From an uncultured Planctomycetaceae bacterium (GTDB lineage: Bacteria; Planctomycetota; Planctomycetia; Planctomycetales; Planctomycetaceae), in the NCBI GenBank assembly GCA_963976765.1, contig CAXBME010000006.1, positions 124,001 to 188,000 on the forward strand: a stretch of DNA of 64,000 nt, written 5' to 3'. The notes under the pieces are model-generated. The model saw only the letters and a program-made list of their open reading frames with translations. It was not told the origin of the DNA and ran no database searches. Numbering within the stretch: position 1 is the stretch's first letter; the number at the start of each line of letters is the position of its first letter. The position numbers were made by a program, and so were the translations under genes. Shown piece by piece: positions 10,439 to 19,762 of the stretch.

Positions 10439-12313
10439 ATGACAGGACAGGCAGGACCATCTGCGGAATCTTTGATCGCAGAAATTGACAAGGCAGTCGC
10501 CGCTGAAACTATTCGGTCCGCAACGGGCGAATTCGCCAGACGATGGATCACCGAGCCGCAGTTCGGAACATTTCAGGCGACAATTGCCAGTGACATTTCA
10601 GCCGGTAACTGGGAAAAAATCGAATCCTGCTTCTGGGAAGAAATTGCGTTTGGAACCGGCGGTCGCCGAGGCCCGATGGCGGAGTACGGCTCGGCGACGA
10701 TCAATGAACGAACCATCGCCGAGTCTGCGTACGGACTCGCCGCCTACTTCCAGGAGACAACCGGTCGAACGGATGGCCGCGCGGCAATTTCGCACGACTC
10801 GCGCAACCGGTCTCGGGAATTTGCCGAACTGACCGCATCGGTCATGGCGGGACTCGGTCTGAAAGTTTTCCTTTTCGACGCCATTCGATCGACGCCGGAA
10901 CTGTCATTCGCCGTGCGACATCTGAACTGCGACGTCGGCGTCATGATTTCCGCCTCGCACAATCCGCCAGCCGATAACGGATTCAAGGCTTACTGGAATC
11001 ACGGCGGCCAGGTCGTCGCTCCGCACGACAAGGGCATCGTGCAGAAAGTCTACGAAGCGACCGACATACCGACCGCGAATTTCGACGAAGCGGTCGCCGA
11101 TGGACGAATCGAAATTATCGGCGAAGCAGTCGACAATGCGTACATTGATGCGATGCTCAAGCTGAGCCTCTCGGGAAGTCGCGATCTGAAAGCCATCTTT
11201 TCTCCGCTGCATGGTGTGGGAGAAACGTCGGTCTATAAACTTCTGCAAGCCGCCGGTTTTGATGGGATTTCCATCTTTGAACCACACCGCGCACCGGATG
11301 GCGACTTCCCCAACGTTCCGGACCATCTTCCGAATCCGGAAAACACTCGCGTCTTCGAACCGATCGTCGAACAGGCAAAGCAGGAAGGCATCGGCCTGAT
11401 TCTGGCTTCCGACCCGGACGCCGACCGTATCGCCGCGTCTGTGCGATGCTCAAAGTCGGGTGAGTACGTCGTGCTCAGCGGAAACCAGATCGGCGCGTTG
11501 ATCTGCGACTACATTGTCAGCAAACGGTCCGCCGCCCGACCACCAATTGACGGAGCACAGGGCAACCCGTTCACCAGCCATCTGACCTCAGACCATTACG
11601 TCGTCGAGACGCTGGTCACGACTCAGCTGACAGCTTCGATCGCTAGAGCCGCCGGACTTAAGGTCATCGACGAACTGCTGGTCGGCTTCAAATTTATCGG
11701 CGAGGCGATGGACCAGCACGGTCCGGAAAAGTTTGTCTTTGGGACCGAAGAGTCACTCGGCTACCTGGCCGGCGACTACGCTCGTGACAAAGATGCCGCC
11801 ATCGCCGCGTTGTACCTGTCTGAGCTGGCTGCCGAACTCGCCGCAGACGGCAGAACGCTGCTCGACCATCTCAACGACCTGTACGGTCAGCATGGCTACT
11901 ACTCGGAGCGGCAACGCAACGACTACGCCTACGGTCCGGCTGGTAAAGGTTTAATCGACGGTCTGATGGACACTCTGAGAACTGCTCCGCCGGAAGAACT
12001 GGGCGGAGTCACGCTGACTTCCGTTTCGGATTACGGCAAGCACCAGGTTCGCGATCTTCCATCAGGCAAAAAATCAGCCGACCTGCCGCAGCCACGAGGC
12101 AACCTGCTGATTTTCCACGGAACGCACGACGATTGCCGAATCCGATTTGCCGCTCGACCGTCGGGCACCGAGCCAAAGATCAAGTTCTACCTTTTTGCCG
12201 AGCCTCACGGTCCGGCTGGGGACGACGTTGCCGGACATCGTGCCCGCACAGAAGCCCGTCTCGACGAGTTTGAAGCAGCACTCGGAAGCTGGATTGAACC
12301 GAAGCTGAAATAG
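10439..12313 (+). CDS. Phosphoglucomutase/phosphomannomutase family protein
   Basis: FGTGGRRG, SASHNP, DPDADR, GFK, EESLG, RPSGTEPKIKFY motifs. Confidence 0.95.
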   Translation: MTGQAGPSAESLIAEIDKAVAAETIRSATGEFARRWITEPQFGTFQATIASDISAGNWEKIESCFWEEIAFGTGGRRGPMAEYGSATINERTIAESAYGLAAYFQETTGRTDGRAAISHDSRNRSREFAELTASVMAGLGLKVFLFDAIRSTPELSFAVRHLNCDVGVMISASHNPPADNGFKAYWNHGGQVVAPHDKGIVQKVYEATDIPTANFDEAVADGRIEIIGEAVDNAYIDAMLKLSLSGSRDLKAIFSPLHGVGETSVYKLLQAAGFDGISIFEPHRAPDGDFPNVPDHLPNPENTRVFEPIVEQAKQEGIGLILASDPDADRIAASVRCSKSGEYVVLSGNQIGALICDYIVSKRSAARPPIDGAQGNPFTSHLTSDHYVVETLVTTQLTASIARAAGLKVIDELLVGFKFIGEAMDQHGPEKFVFGTEESLGYLAGDYARDKDAAIAALYLSELAAELAADGRTLLDHLNDLYGQHGYYSERQRNDYAYGPAGKGLIDGLMDTLRTAPPEELGGVTLTSVSDYGKHQVRDLPSGKKSADLPQPRGNLLIFHGTHDDCRIRFAARPSGTEPKIKFYLFAEPHGPAGDDVAGHRARTEARLDEFEAALGSWIEPKLK

Positions 12314-12414
12314 TCCGGGTGTTTCCAGCCGTCGAGATCCCACCCGCTGTACGGCATGACAAACACAGCGGCGGCTTCTCTTTCGAATTTCTGTTTCTGT
12401 CAGATCGATTCTCG

Positions 12415-13356
12415 ATGAATGATTCCGAACCGTTATCTGACAATGATTCGCCAGAGCGTTCGACTGGCGGCAAAGGACTCGCGCTGCTTCAACTCGTCCG
12501 AATTCCGACCGTCTTCACGGCGATGGCGGATATTTTTCTCGGGTTTCTGCTGACTCATTCAACGCTTGAGCCCATCGGCACGTTTGCGTTTCTGTTGGGA
12601 GCGTCCGTCTGCATTTACTGGACGGGAATGATTCTCAACGATTACTTCGATCGAGAGATTGATGCTCAGGATCGACCAGGCCGACCGATTCCGTCGGGAA
12701 GAATCCCGGCGGTAACCGCGTTGAAACTGAGTGTGATGTTGAACGTTTTCGGACTGGGCCTGGCCGCTTGTGCCGGGGCGTTGTCACTGCAGATTGCCAT
12801 CGCGCTAACGGCCTGCGTCTGGCTTTATGACGGAGCGTTGAAGAAAACTCCGCTGGCTCCCGTGCTGATGGGAAGTTGCCGATTCTTCAACGTGCTGCTG
12901 GGGGCCAGCGCGGCTTCTACGGGAGCGATGTGGTGGTGCCCGCAGATGCATGTTGCCCTTGGGCTGGGGATTTACGTCTGCGGTCTGACCTGGTTTGCCC
13001 GGCAGGAAGCAAAGACCAGCGCACGAGCCCAGCTGATCTCGGCATCGTTTGTGATCAACGCTGGTCTGGCAACGCTGTTCGGCTTTCTGCTCACGGCTCC
13101 GGACAACTCGCAGCGCGAAACGTCGATGTTCGTTCTGGCGGTGATTTCGGTCACGATTATCAGGCGGCTGCTTCGAGCAATCTCGCAACCGGAACCGGCT
13201 CGTGTTCAGACGGCCATCAAAACGATGCTGCTGTCTCTGGTGATGCTCGACGCGACAATTGTGCTCTTTGCGACGGGAACACCCGCGCTGGCGATAACGG
13301 TCGCGCTGCTGATGATCCCGGCGTTTCTGTTGGCTCGCTGGATCCCGATGACGTAA
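12415..13356 (+). CDS. UbiA-family prenyltransferase (EboC-like)
   Basis: LNDYFDREIDAQDRPGRPIPSG motif, LYD, MGSCR, multiple TMs. Confidence 0.88.
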   Translation: MNDSEPLSDNDSPERSTGGKGLALLQLVRIPTVFTAMADIFLGFLLTHSTLEPIGTFAFLLGASVCIYWTGMILNDYFDREIDAQDRPGRPIPSGRIPAVTALKLSVMLNVFGLGLAACAGALSLQIAIALTACVWLYDGALKKTPLAPVLMGSCRFFNVLLGASAASTGAMWWCPQMHVALGLGIYVCGLTWFARQEAKTSARAQLISASFVINAGLATLFGFLLTAPDNSQRETSMFVLAVISVTIIRRLLRAISQPEPARVQTAIKTMLLSLVMLDATIVLFATGTPALAITVALLMIPAFLLARWIPMT

Positions 13357-13692
13357 GCCTGGCTGTGTCCGGCGACAGTTATCTTTCAGCAGGGTACGTC
13401 TCGATACACCACTTGAGACACGGTCGATTGAACGAGTGCGCCGGATGCATCCAGCAAAAGTGGCGTTCGAATCTCGCTCCCGGAATCCTGGGAACTTTCA
13501 GAAATCGCGTGACGTCCAACCCGCCTGATTCGATTCTGAAAATGTGTCAGGTCGCCGGAGAAATTCGCCGCCAGCCTGAACGAAGCGGTTTTTGATCGCG
13601 ATCAAGAGGTCGAAGGAGTTCTCAGGGAACGGAGTCTGATCCCGGGGAGCGGGATGTTTTACGGAAGTCGTGAGAGAACCTTGAGACGCAGA

Positions 13693-13820
13693 CGTCACAG
13701 GTCCGTCGGTGCCTGCACGGACGGGGTTGTGACGAGGAGTGTTCCGGCGAGTCGCGGTGCTCCCTGTCGACTGATGCGTTTTTCGATGGAACGCGTCCGG
13801 AGCACTCCTTTTCTTTTTCC
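13693..13820 (+). ncRNA. Candidate structured non-coding RNA (hairpin + three-way junction + U tract)
   Basis: cgtcaca..tgtgacg hairpin 13693-13734, then 13-bp stem 13735-13747/13797-13809 enclosing two hairpins, G-U pairs on + strand, followed by tttcttttt. Confidence 0.35.
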
Positions 13821-14160
13821 GATGAAGCAAAAAGTTCGCGGATTGAGCAACTGCTTTCCCGTGCCGTTCGAGTCTGACGCAAACTATCTCGAACTGGCAG
13901 AGATATCCTGAAGCGGTGATTGGAAACGTGTTTCCAGTCGCCGCCTTTTTGTGCGCGGTCAGATTTCAGCAGTCAGGAATCGAGCGTTCACGCGACGAAA
14001 ACTTTGCCGACATTCAATCGCCAGAATCGAAAACATCGCCACTGGCTGTGGACGATGCGGTTGTAAGTACGGAATTCAATGCATCAAACGATCGCTCACA
14101 CCGAGGCCGCTGCCCCGGTGGAAACCACCCTTTAGCACTCGATTTTCGGGGAGAGTCTGG

Positions 14161-15231
14161 ATGATCAGAATTTCGAAATGGCTGGCAGGAGCCGCCACCA
14201 CCGTTGCCATTCTGTTGGGATCGACCAACGCGGAAGCTCAGCGGGGTCGCCCCGGTGGTGATTCACCAAGCCGCCCTGACCCGTCAGAAATGTTCCAGCG
14301 GATGGACAAAAACAACGACGGTGAGCTGTCGAAAGACGAGCTGCCGGGGTTTGTCAAAGATCGGATCAAAGCCGCCGACGCTGACGAAAACGGCTCACTG
14401 ACCAAAGAAGAAGTGAGAAACTTCTTCGCTCAACGCGGCGGACCACCGCGCGAAGACGGCGACCGACGCAGGCTTGGCCCCGGAGAGGAAGGTCGACGAC
14501 CAGAGGGTCCACCTCCATCGCGTGGCGATTCCGATCGTGGACCAGCTCGTGAACACGACAGCCGACGAGATCGCGGACCGGGCGAACATCCACAGATGGA
14601 TCGTGGACGCGGACCTTCGAAAGATCGTGACGCTCGTCGCGGACCTGGCCGCGACAACGCAAAAGGTCGACGCCAATCAGCTCGCGGCGCCAAAGGCGGC
14701 AGAAACTTTGGACCTCCGATGCACGGTAGGCGCCCATCGTTCTCACATCGCGGACCTGGCCCAGTCGGACCTCCGTGGATGCAGCATGGACATCGTGGCG
14801 GACCACCGTTTGGGGACCATCTATCGTTTGGTCGAGGCCCTTTCCGAATGGGGCCACCATGGATGCAGCATGGTCAGTCTTTTGGTCGCAGACCATCGTT
14901 TGGTCATGAGAAACCGGATCGTGACCGCCGCGATGGCGATCGTGACGGACGTCCGAAACGCGGACCTCGACACGAAGGTCGCAGCGAGCGTCCCGACGGC
15001 GGCCCACAAGCTGAACGTCCACCGAGGCCTCCACATGGTCGGCCTCCGCATGATGGACCGGCCCGGGATGGATATCGGGATGGCGGCCCCCGTGGCGAAA
15101 AAGACGATCGTCCGGAACCACCCCGTGGAGAAGGTCGTCCGGAAGGCAACCGTCGACCAGGTCGACCGGAAGGTGCAGAGCGTCCTGAGCGCCGTGAAGC
15201 TTCTTTGACCGCGAAAACCGAAATCCGCTGA
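14161..15231 (+). CDS. Secreted EF-hand protein with long R/G/P/D-rich disordered tail
   Basis: Signal peptide (AEA), DKNNDGELSKDE and DADENGSLTKEE EF loops, repeated GPPWMQHG. Confidence 0.85.
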   Translation: MIRISKWLAGAATTVAILLGSTNAEAQRGRPGGDSPSRPDPSEMFQRMDKNNDGELSKDELPGFVKDRIKAADADENGSLTKEEVRNFFAQRGGPPREDGDRRRLGPGEEGRRPEGPPPSRGDSDRGPAREHDSRRDRGPGEHPQMDRGRGPSKDRDARRGPGRDNAKGRRQSARGAKGGRNFGPPMHGRRPSFSHRGPGPVGPPWMQHGHRGGPPFGDHLSFGRGPFRMGPPWMQHGQSFGRRPSFGHEKPDRDRRDGDRDGRPKRGPRHEGRSERPDGGPQAERPPRPPHGRPPHDGPARDGYRDGGPRGEKDDRPEPPRGEGRPEGNRRPGRPEGAERPERREASLTAKTEIR

Positions 15232-15440
15232 GACCGTTGTCTCGACTCCTGTCGAAACAGTGGCGACTCCCGAAAAGTGGGTAATTTGAAAACGCCCCGT
15301 GCAGACTGACCAGCGGCGTCTGAGCGAGTCACCTCATTCAGACGCCGTTCTGTTTCGTAGAAACCCTTGACGACTCATTCTGGTCGATGCTTTGCATCCG
15401 GAGAAATAGTTTCCCGAACGTGGCGACCTCAGCGTCTGAC

Positions 15441-16000
15441 CTAGTGCTGCGTCAGAGTGGAAAGTTAGGGTTGTGTTCTTTGGTGATATTGGAGTTACTT
15501 CCGGGAACAGTCCTCGAACCATGGAGGATTCCCGATGCAGAAGGAGCATATTGTCAGGCTGACGCCAGGCGACCGCTCGCGAACAGCGGACAAAGACCGA
15601 CTGGGCGCATGAAGTCGCGGCTCTTCTGGACGGTCGTTATGCGGCGTGTGACAAAACCACTCTGGTCTGCGACAACCTCAACACGCACACACGAGGTGCG
15701 TTCTATGAACGCCTTTCATCCAGAGCAGGCCCGCGCGTATGTCCGTCGCATCGAATTCTGTTTTACGCCGAAACACGGCAGTTGGCTCAACATCGCCGAG
15801 AACGAGCAGAGCTGCCTGACGCATCAATGCTTTCACGGTCGCCGCATTGGAGAACTGATCGTCCTGCAAAAAGAAACCGAAGCGTGGTCAATCGCCACCA
15901 ACGACCTCCAGCGCGGAGTCGACTGGCACATGAAGATCGAAGACGCCCGCTGCAAACTGAAATCCATCTACCCGAAGTTTTTGCTCTGACGCAGCACTAG
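15441..16000 (+). mobile_element. Internally deleted IS630-family element (560 bp, non-autonomous)
   Basis: Perfect 17-bp terminal IR ctagtgctgcgtcagag (15441-15457) / ctctgacgcagcactag (15984-16000), imperfect to ~31 bp; CTAG at both ends; transposase remnants inside. Confidence 0.9.
15535..15989 (+). pseudogene. IS630 transposase remnant (N-terminal ~10 codons fused to a frameshifted C-terminal DDE part)
   Basis: GGAGG-ATG MQKEHIVRLT, then another frame RTKTDWAHE...VCDNLNTH..GAFYE, frameshift at ~15709, then FTPKHGSWLNIAE...ARCKLKSIYP. Confidence 0.88.
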
Positions 16001-18717
16001 TTGTCGACGGACATGGCGACGCGAAAGCCGACAAGGGGGCCTGCGTACTCAGGGGCGATTTCTTTTCGAGCGGCGGAACGGGTACTAATGTCCGTGTAGT
16101 TGCCACTTCCTCCGCGACACGTTCGCAGATCGAACATCTGATCGCCCCACTCTGGACCGGTTGGGTCAACTGCTGGAGACATCTGGTACCAGAGAGGTGC
16201 ATACGGGTCGTGACACCATTCGTGCAAGTTTCCGTGCATGTCTTTAAGGCCAAACGCGTTGGGTAAAGCCTGGCCAACGATCGAGCGATTCGCGTCGCCC
16301 TCCTTGACGGCATAAAGAGGCAGTTGTGACGGATCGTCTCCGAAGTAATACATGCTGGTTGTCCCTGCGCGACAGGCGAATTCCCATTCCGCTTCGGTAG
16401 GCAGGCGAAAGTGTCGGTCAAACTTCTTCGAAAGCCAGAGGCAAAATTCAGTCGCTTCCTGCCAGGTGACTTTTTCCATTGCTGAGTTTCCAGGAGCTGT
16501 CTCCAGCAGTGCTTTGGCGTTTGGGTTGAGTTGGTTATCAGTGTGTAGGACATACTCGCGAAACTGGCTGACAGTCACTTCAGTTTCACCCAACAGCCAA
16601 GGCTTAGATAGAAGAACTCGGTGCTGCGGTGTTTCTGAGTACAAGCTCCGGGATCTCAAGGTTAGCCATTGCTTGCCCTTATTGTCCGGCATCCAGGTCT
16701 TGACTTCCTCGATTTGCTCACGAGTGCTTCCCATCATGAACTCGCCGGGAGGAACGACCAGAAACGCCATCGATACTTCCCGCGAAAGCTCGACCACAGA
16801 TCGGACCTCGATTCCGACGTGATCTGCCCAGACTTTCTGACACTCCTTTGCCTGCGTCTCGCTGAATGGCGCTATTGCTGGTAGAGGCGCATCGGGATCA
16901 CGAGACCTAATCAGGTTCACCAGTTCGGACCCGACGAGAGGCTCTGACTCGATCCCGCTATTCGCGTTTCCGACGGCGGCCGACAATTCAGCTCTTCCCA
17001 GGAGTTGATTGGAATCGCGAGCTTCGAGAAAGCCATCAGCAAGCCTAACCTGAATGACTTCGCTGCCAAACCACGGAGTATCAAACGGGGCGGTCTGAAA
17101 ACCAATGTCTCCATAACTTACTAACAATGAGTGCTGCCCCTGGGCGACTGACAGTTCTTTCGCCTGCCGGCCTGAAAGTCGAATATCTGTACCGATGACG
17201 TTGACTGCGATATCGTCATTCAGGATCTCCAGACGCACCGTCGTGAGTTGCGCTCGAATCGAAAGGCTGGCTGCGACTGCTGTCAGTCCGGATGCAGCAA
17301 GCGCCAGCCACCGGAAGCGAACCCCACTCGCCGACGGCCGATCACGCACGATTGGGGCGGATACTTCGCCGAGTATGCCCGTCTTCTGCGGAGTCACGGC
17401 ATTGTCAGGACCGTCCGTGGTCGCGTCATCGGCTGCGGTGAGGTTCAGACACCGGTCGACCTTGGACAAAGTCGGAGAATCCGACGTCCGAGAGGCATCT
17501 GACGACGGCATCCAGTTGCGTTGAATCAACTGAGACAGGTTGGCTCCTCGTCTGAATGGTCCCAATGCGTCTATCACGTCGTTTGGTTTCTGAAAGCGGT
17601 CAGCTGGAGAATGCGCCACCATCTTCAAGACCAACTGCGTCAGTTGCGTGTCAAACCTGTTAGTAAGTCTCGCCTCAATATCTCGTTCTGGCGCACTGGA
17701 GCCGTCCGCCGGACGCTTAATTGAGTTGTCCTGATTCACCAGTTCGCCGGTTAACATTCGAAACAATGTTGCGCCAAGGCTATAAATGTCCGCCCGGATA
17801 TCTACTGCATGGCTGTTACCAATCTGCTCCGGCGCGATGTAGTCCGGTGTCCCCATGACCTGACCAGTGGCAGTAAGTCCCGTCGAATCCTCACAGGAAT
17901 CAGCAGTTTCGGAATTTGTGTGAGCAACATCTTCGTCAACCCGAGCGAGTCCGAAGTCGAGTACACGAACGATTGGCTTGGAAGCAGGTGGCTGGTCGGA
18001 TGAATAATCCTCTTCCGGAATCGAGATCATGATATTGGACGGTTTGATATCGCGATGGACGAGTCCACGTCGCGATGCGTGATCCAGCGCGGTTGCAGTC
18101 TGGGCTGCGATTTCGCAGGCATTCGCGACTGACAAGGTTTTTGCGTTGCGCAGCAACTCTGAGATGTCAGGGCCGTACACAAACTCCATCGCGATAAAAT
18201 GGACGTCGTCGTCGAGAACGCCAGCGTCAGTGGCTCGAACAATGTTGGGATGCTCAAGACGACCGACTGCTCGCATTTCTCTCTGAAACCTCGCGATCGC
18301 ATAAGAGTCCTTCATGCGATCTTCGGAGAGGAACTTAACGGCGACGATTCGATCAAGCTGCACATGTCGGGCGCGGTAGACCGTTCCCATCCCACCTTTG
18401 CCAATCTGCTGAAGCAGGACGTAGTCACGGAATTCGTGTGGAGCCATCCACTTCGCCACGGGCAACTGCAGACTACTGAGCAGCGGGACGCTGGCACGTG
18501 AAACGGATTGTCCGCTCTCGTGGCTGAACTCAAAACCGGGCCTGCAACCGGCAGCGGCAAGCTTGAGAGCAGGGTCAGTCGACGATTCAAGTGACGAAAT
18601 CGTGGAAAGACATGTCGCGCAACGGTCGAGATGCTCGGACACCTCTTCGGCCGCCTCATCGCCAAGAAGTCCGCAATTCAAGTTGATCAGCGATTCAATA
18701 TTCGGGCAGTCGTCCAT
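15997..18717 (-). CDS. Ser/Thr kinase with N-terminal HxxxCxxC zinc-finger, TM segment and C-terminal FGE-sulfatase (SUMF1-like) domain
   Basis: HLDRCATC; GKGGMG, HRDIKPSN, DFG, GTPDYIAPE; TM WLALAASGLTAVAASL; PGEFMMGS, RLPTEAEWEFACRAG, NAFGLKDMHGNLHEW, RGGS, GFRV; start ATG 18717 or 18792. Confidence 0.92.
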   Translation of the reverse strand: MDDCPNIESLINLNCGLLGDEAAEEVSEHLDRCATCLSTISSLESSTDPALKLAAAGCRPGFEFSHESGQSVSRASVPLLSSLQLPVAKWMAPHEFRDYVLLQQIGKGGMGTVYRARHVQLDRIVAVKFLSEDRMKDSYAIARFQREMRAVGRLEHPNIVRATDAGVLDDDVHFIAMEFVYGPDISELLRNAKTLSVANACEIAAQTATALDHASRRGLVHRDIKPSNIMISIPEEDYSSDQPPASKPIVRVLDFGLARVDEDVAHTNSETADSCEDSTGLTATGQVMGTPDYIAPEQIGNSHAVDIRADIYSLGATLFRMLTGELVNQDNSIKRPADGSSAPERDIEARLTNRFDTQLTQLVLKMVAHSPADRFQKPNDVIDALGPFRRGANLSQLIQRNWMPSSDASRTSDSPTLSKVDRCLNLTAADDATTDGPDNAVTPQKTGILGEVSAPIVRDRPSASGVRFRWLALAASGLTAVAASLSIRAQLTTVRLEILNDDIAVNVIGTDIRLSGRQAKELSVAQGQHSLLVSYGDIGFQTAPFDTPWFGSEVIQVRLADGFLEARDSNQLLGRAELSAAVGNANSGIESEPLVGSELVNLIRSRDPDAPLPAIAPFSETQAKECQKVWADHVGIEVRSVVELSREVSMAFLVVPPGEFMMGSTREQIEEVKTWMPDNKGKQWLTLRSRSLYSETPQHRVLLSKPWLLGETEVTVSQFREYVLHTDNQLNPNAKALLETAPGNSAMEKVTWQEATEFCLWLSKKFDRHFRLPTEAEWEFACRAGTTSMYYFGDDPSQLPLYAVKEGDANRSIVGQALPNAFGLKDMHGNLHEWCHDPYAPLWYQMSPAVDPTGPEWGDQMFDLRTCRGGSGNYTDISTRSAARKEIAPEYAGPLVGFRVAMSVDN

Positions 18718-18830
18718 TCGCAGTTCCGACGCATTTCTTCTGACGTAAGTGCTGAATTCGCTATCTTCATCGTCGTCATCTAACAGCGCCATTCTTTTTG
18801 CCGTCGCGTGACTGCTACACCGCAAACTTA

Positions 18831-19457
18831 TCAATCAGCAGAGTGTTCATTGCCGACCGGAAGCAGACCCGCCAATTCCTCGCGCAGCCTCTTGAGGACC
18901 TTACACTTGGCGTTGTAGACCGCACCAACGGTCATTCCGAGTTCGTCTGCGATATCAACAGGGGCAGCTTCGTCAGCGGTCACTCTGAGAAAACACGTCC
19001 ATGTTTTCTGTTCGAATTCGGCTTCTAACAGTTCCAGGGCTCGCTGATAAACTCGCCGCGTGTCGATGTCGCGGCTTTCCTGATCAAGTTGCTCGGGAAT
19101 CATGTCCGGATACTGATTGATCTGATACGCGGCTGTGGAACCGCCCGCCGCTGCAGGCTGCTTTGCCAGCCGTCGAAAATGATCGAGCACGCGATGCCGG
19201 GTGACGGCCCACAGCCAGCCGTGAAACGTGTCACTCGTTTTCTCGCGCCGGAACGAGTCGATTGACGTGGCAACCGAGGTCATGACGTCCTGCACCACAT
19301 CTGGGGCGTCGTCCTGAGTCACACCCGATCGGCGACACCAGTCATAGATGAGCGGTGAGAAGAGGTCGCAGAAACGAGACCACTTCTCTGGATCTCGATT
19401 TCGAACTCCCTCGATGAGGCTCAGAGAGGTCTGTCTCGTTTCTCCTGTCGCTCTCAT
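18831..19457 (-). CDS. ECF RNA polymerase sigma factor (planctomycete kinase-associated type)
   Basis: TSLSLI..W.RF...PLIYDWCRR, DVVQDV, FHGWLW, region 4 IADELGMTVGAVYNAKCKVLKRLR; GAGG before ATG 19457. Confidence 0.92.
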   Translation of the reverse strand: MRATGETRQTSLSLIEGVRNRDPEKWSRFCDLFSPLIYDWCRRSGVTQDDAPDVVQDVMTSVATSIDSFRREKTSDTFHGWLWAVTRHRVLDHFRRLAKQPAAAGGSTAAYQINQYPDMIPEQLDQESRDIDTRRVYQRALELLEAEFEQKTWTCFLRVTADEAAPVDIADELGMTVGAVYNAKCKVLKRLREELAGLLPVGNEHSAD

Positions 19458-19762
19458 CGCCTCGGAATCCTGAATTCTTCCTGCTGATTGAAAATTGCGC
19501 AAGTACTTCCACTGCAAGCCGATACTGGCTCTCAAACGCCCAATCGCGAGCCAGAACTTCGAAGTTCGTGTTAGACGGCTTCGATTAGCATGAAGGATTA
19601 ACTCTCTTAGAGTATTGCCCCACCGGCAGCTTGTGAAACCAGACTCCGGTCAACGAGTCGCCCGAACGCTTGGGAATGGTATTCTGATCTGCGGAACCAG
19701 CCATCGCCAGAAATCGACACCGTGGCTCACTCGGATAGAACTTTTCGGAAACGACCAGGACC

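Noticed and set aside
13845..13866. Sigma54-like GGCACG motif (also at ~28243 and ~33891)
   Set aside because: GG-to-GC spacing is not the required 10 bp
15387..15989. 200-aa ORF as an intact transposase
   Set aside because: Only the last ~90 codons are in the transposase frame; the ORF starts outside the left TIR, and the element is deleted and frameshifted
15997..16800. FGE/C-type-lectin-like C-terminus as a diversity-generating retroelement target
   Set aside because: No reverse transcriptase and no second near-identical copy (template repeat) of the 3' end seen in the window
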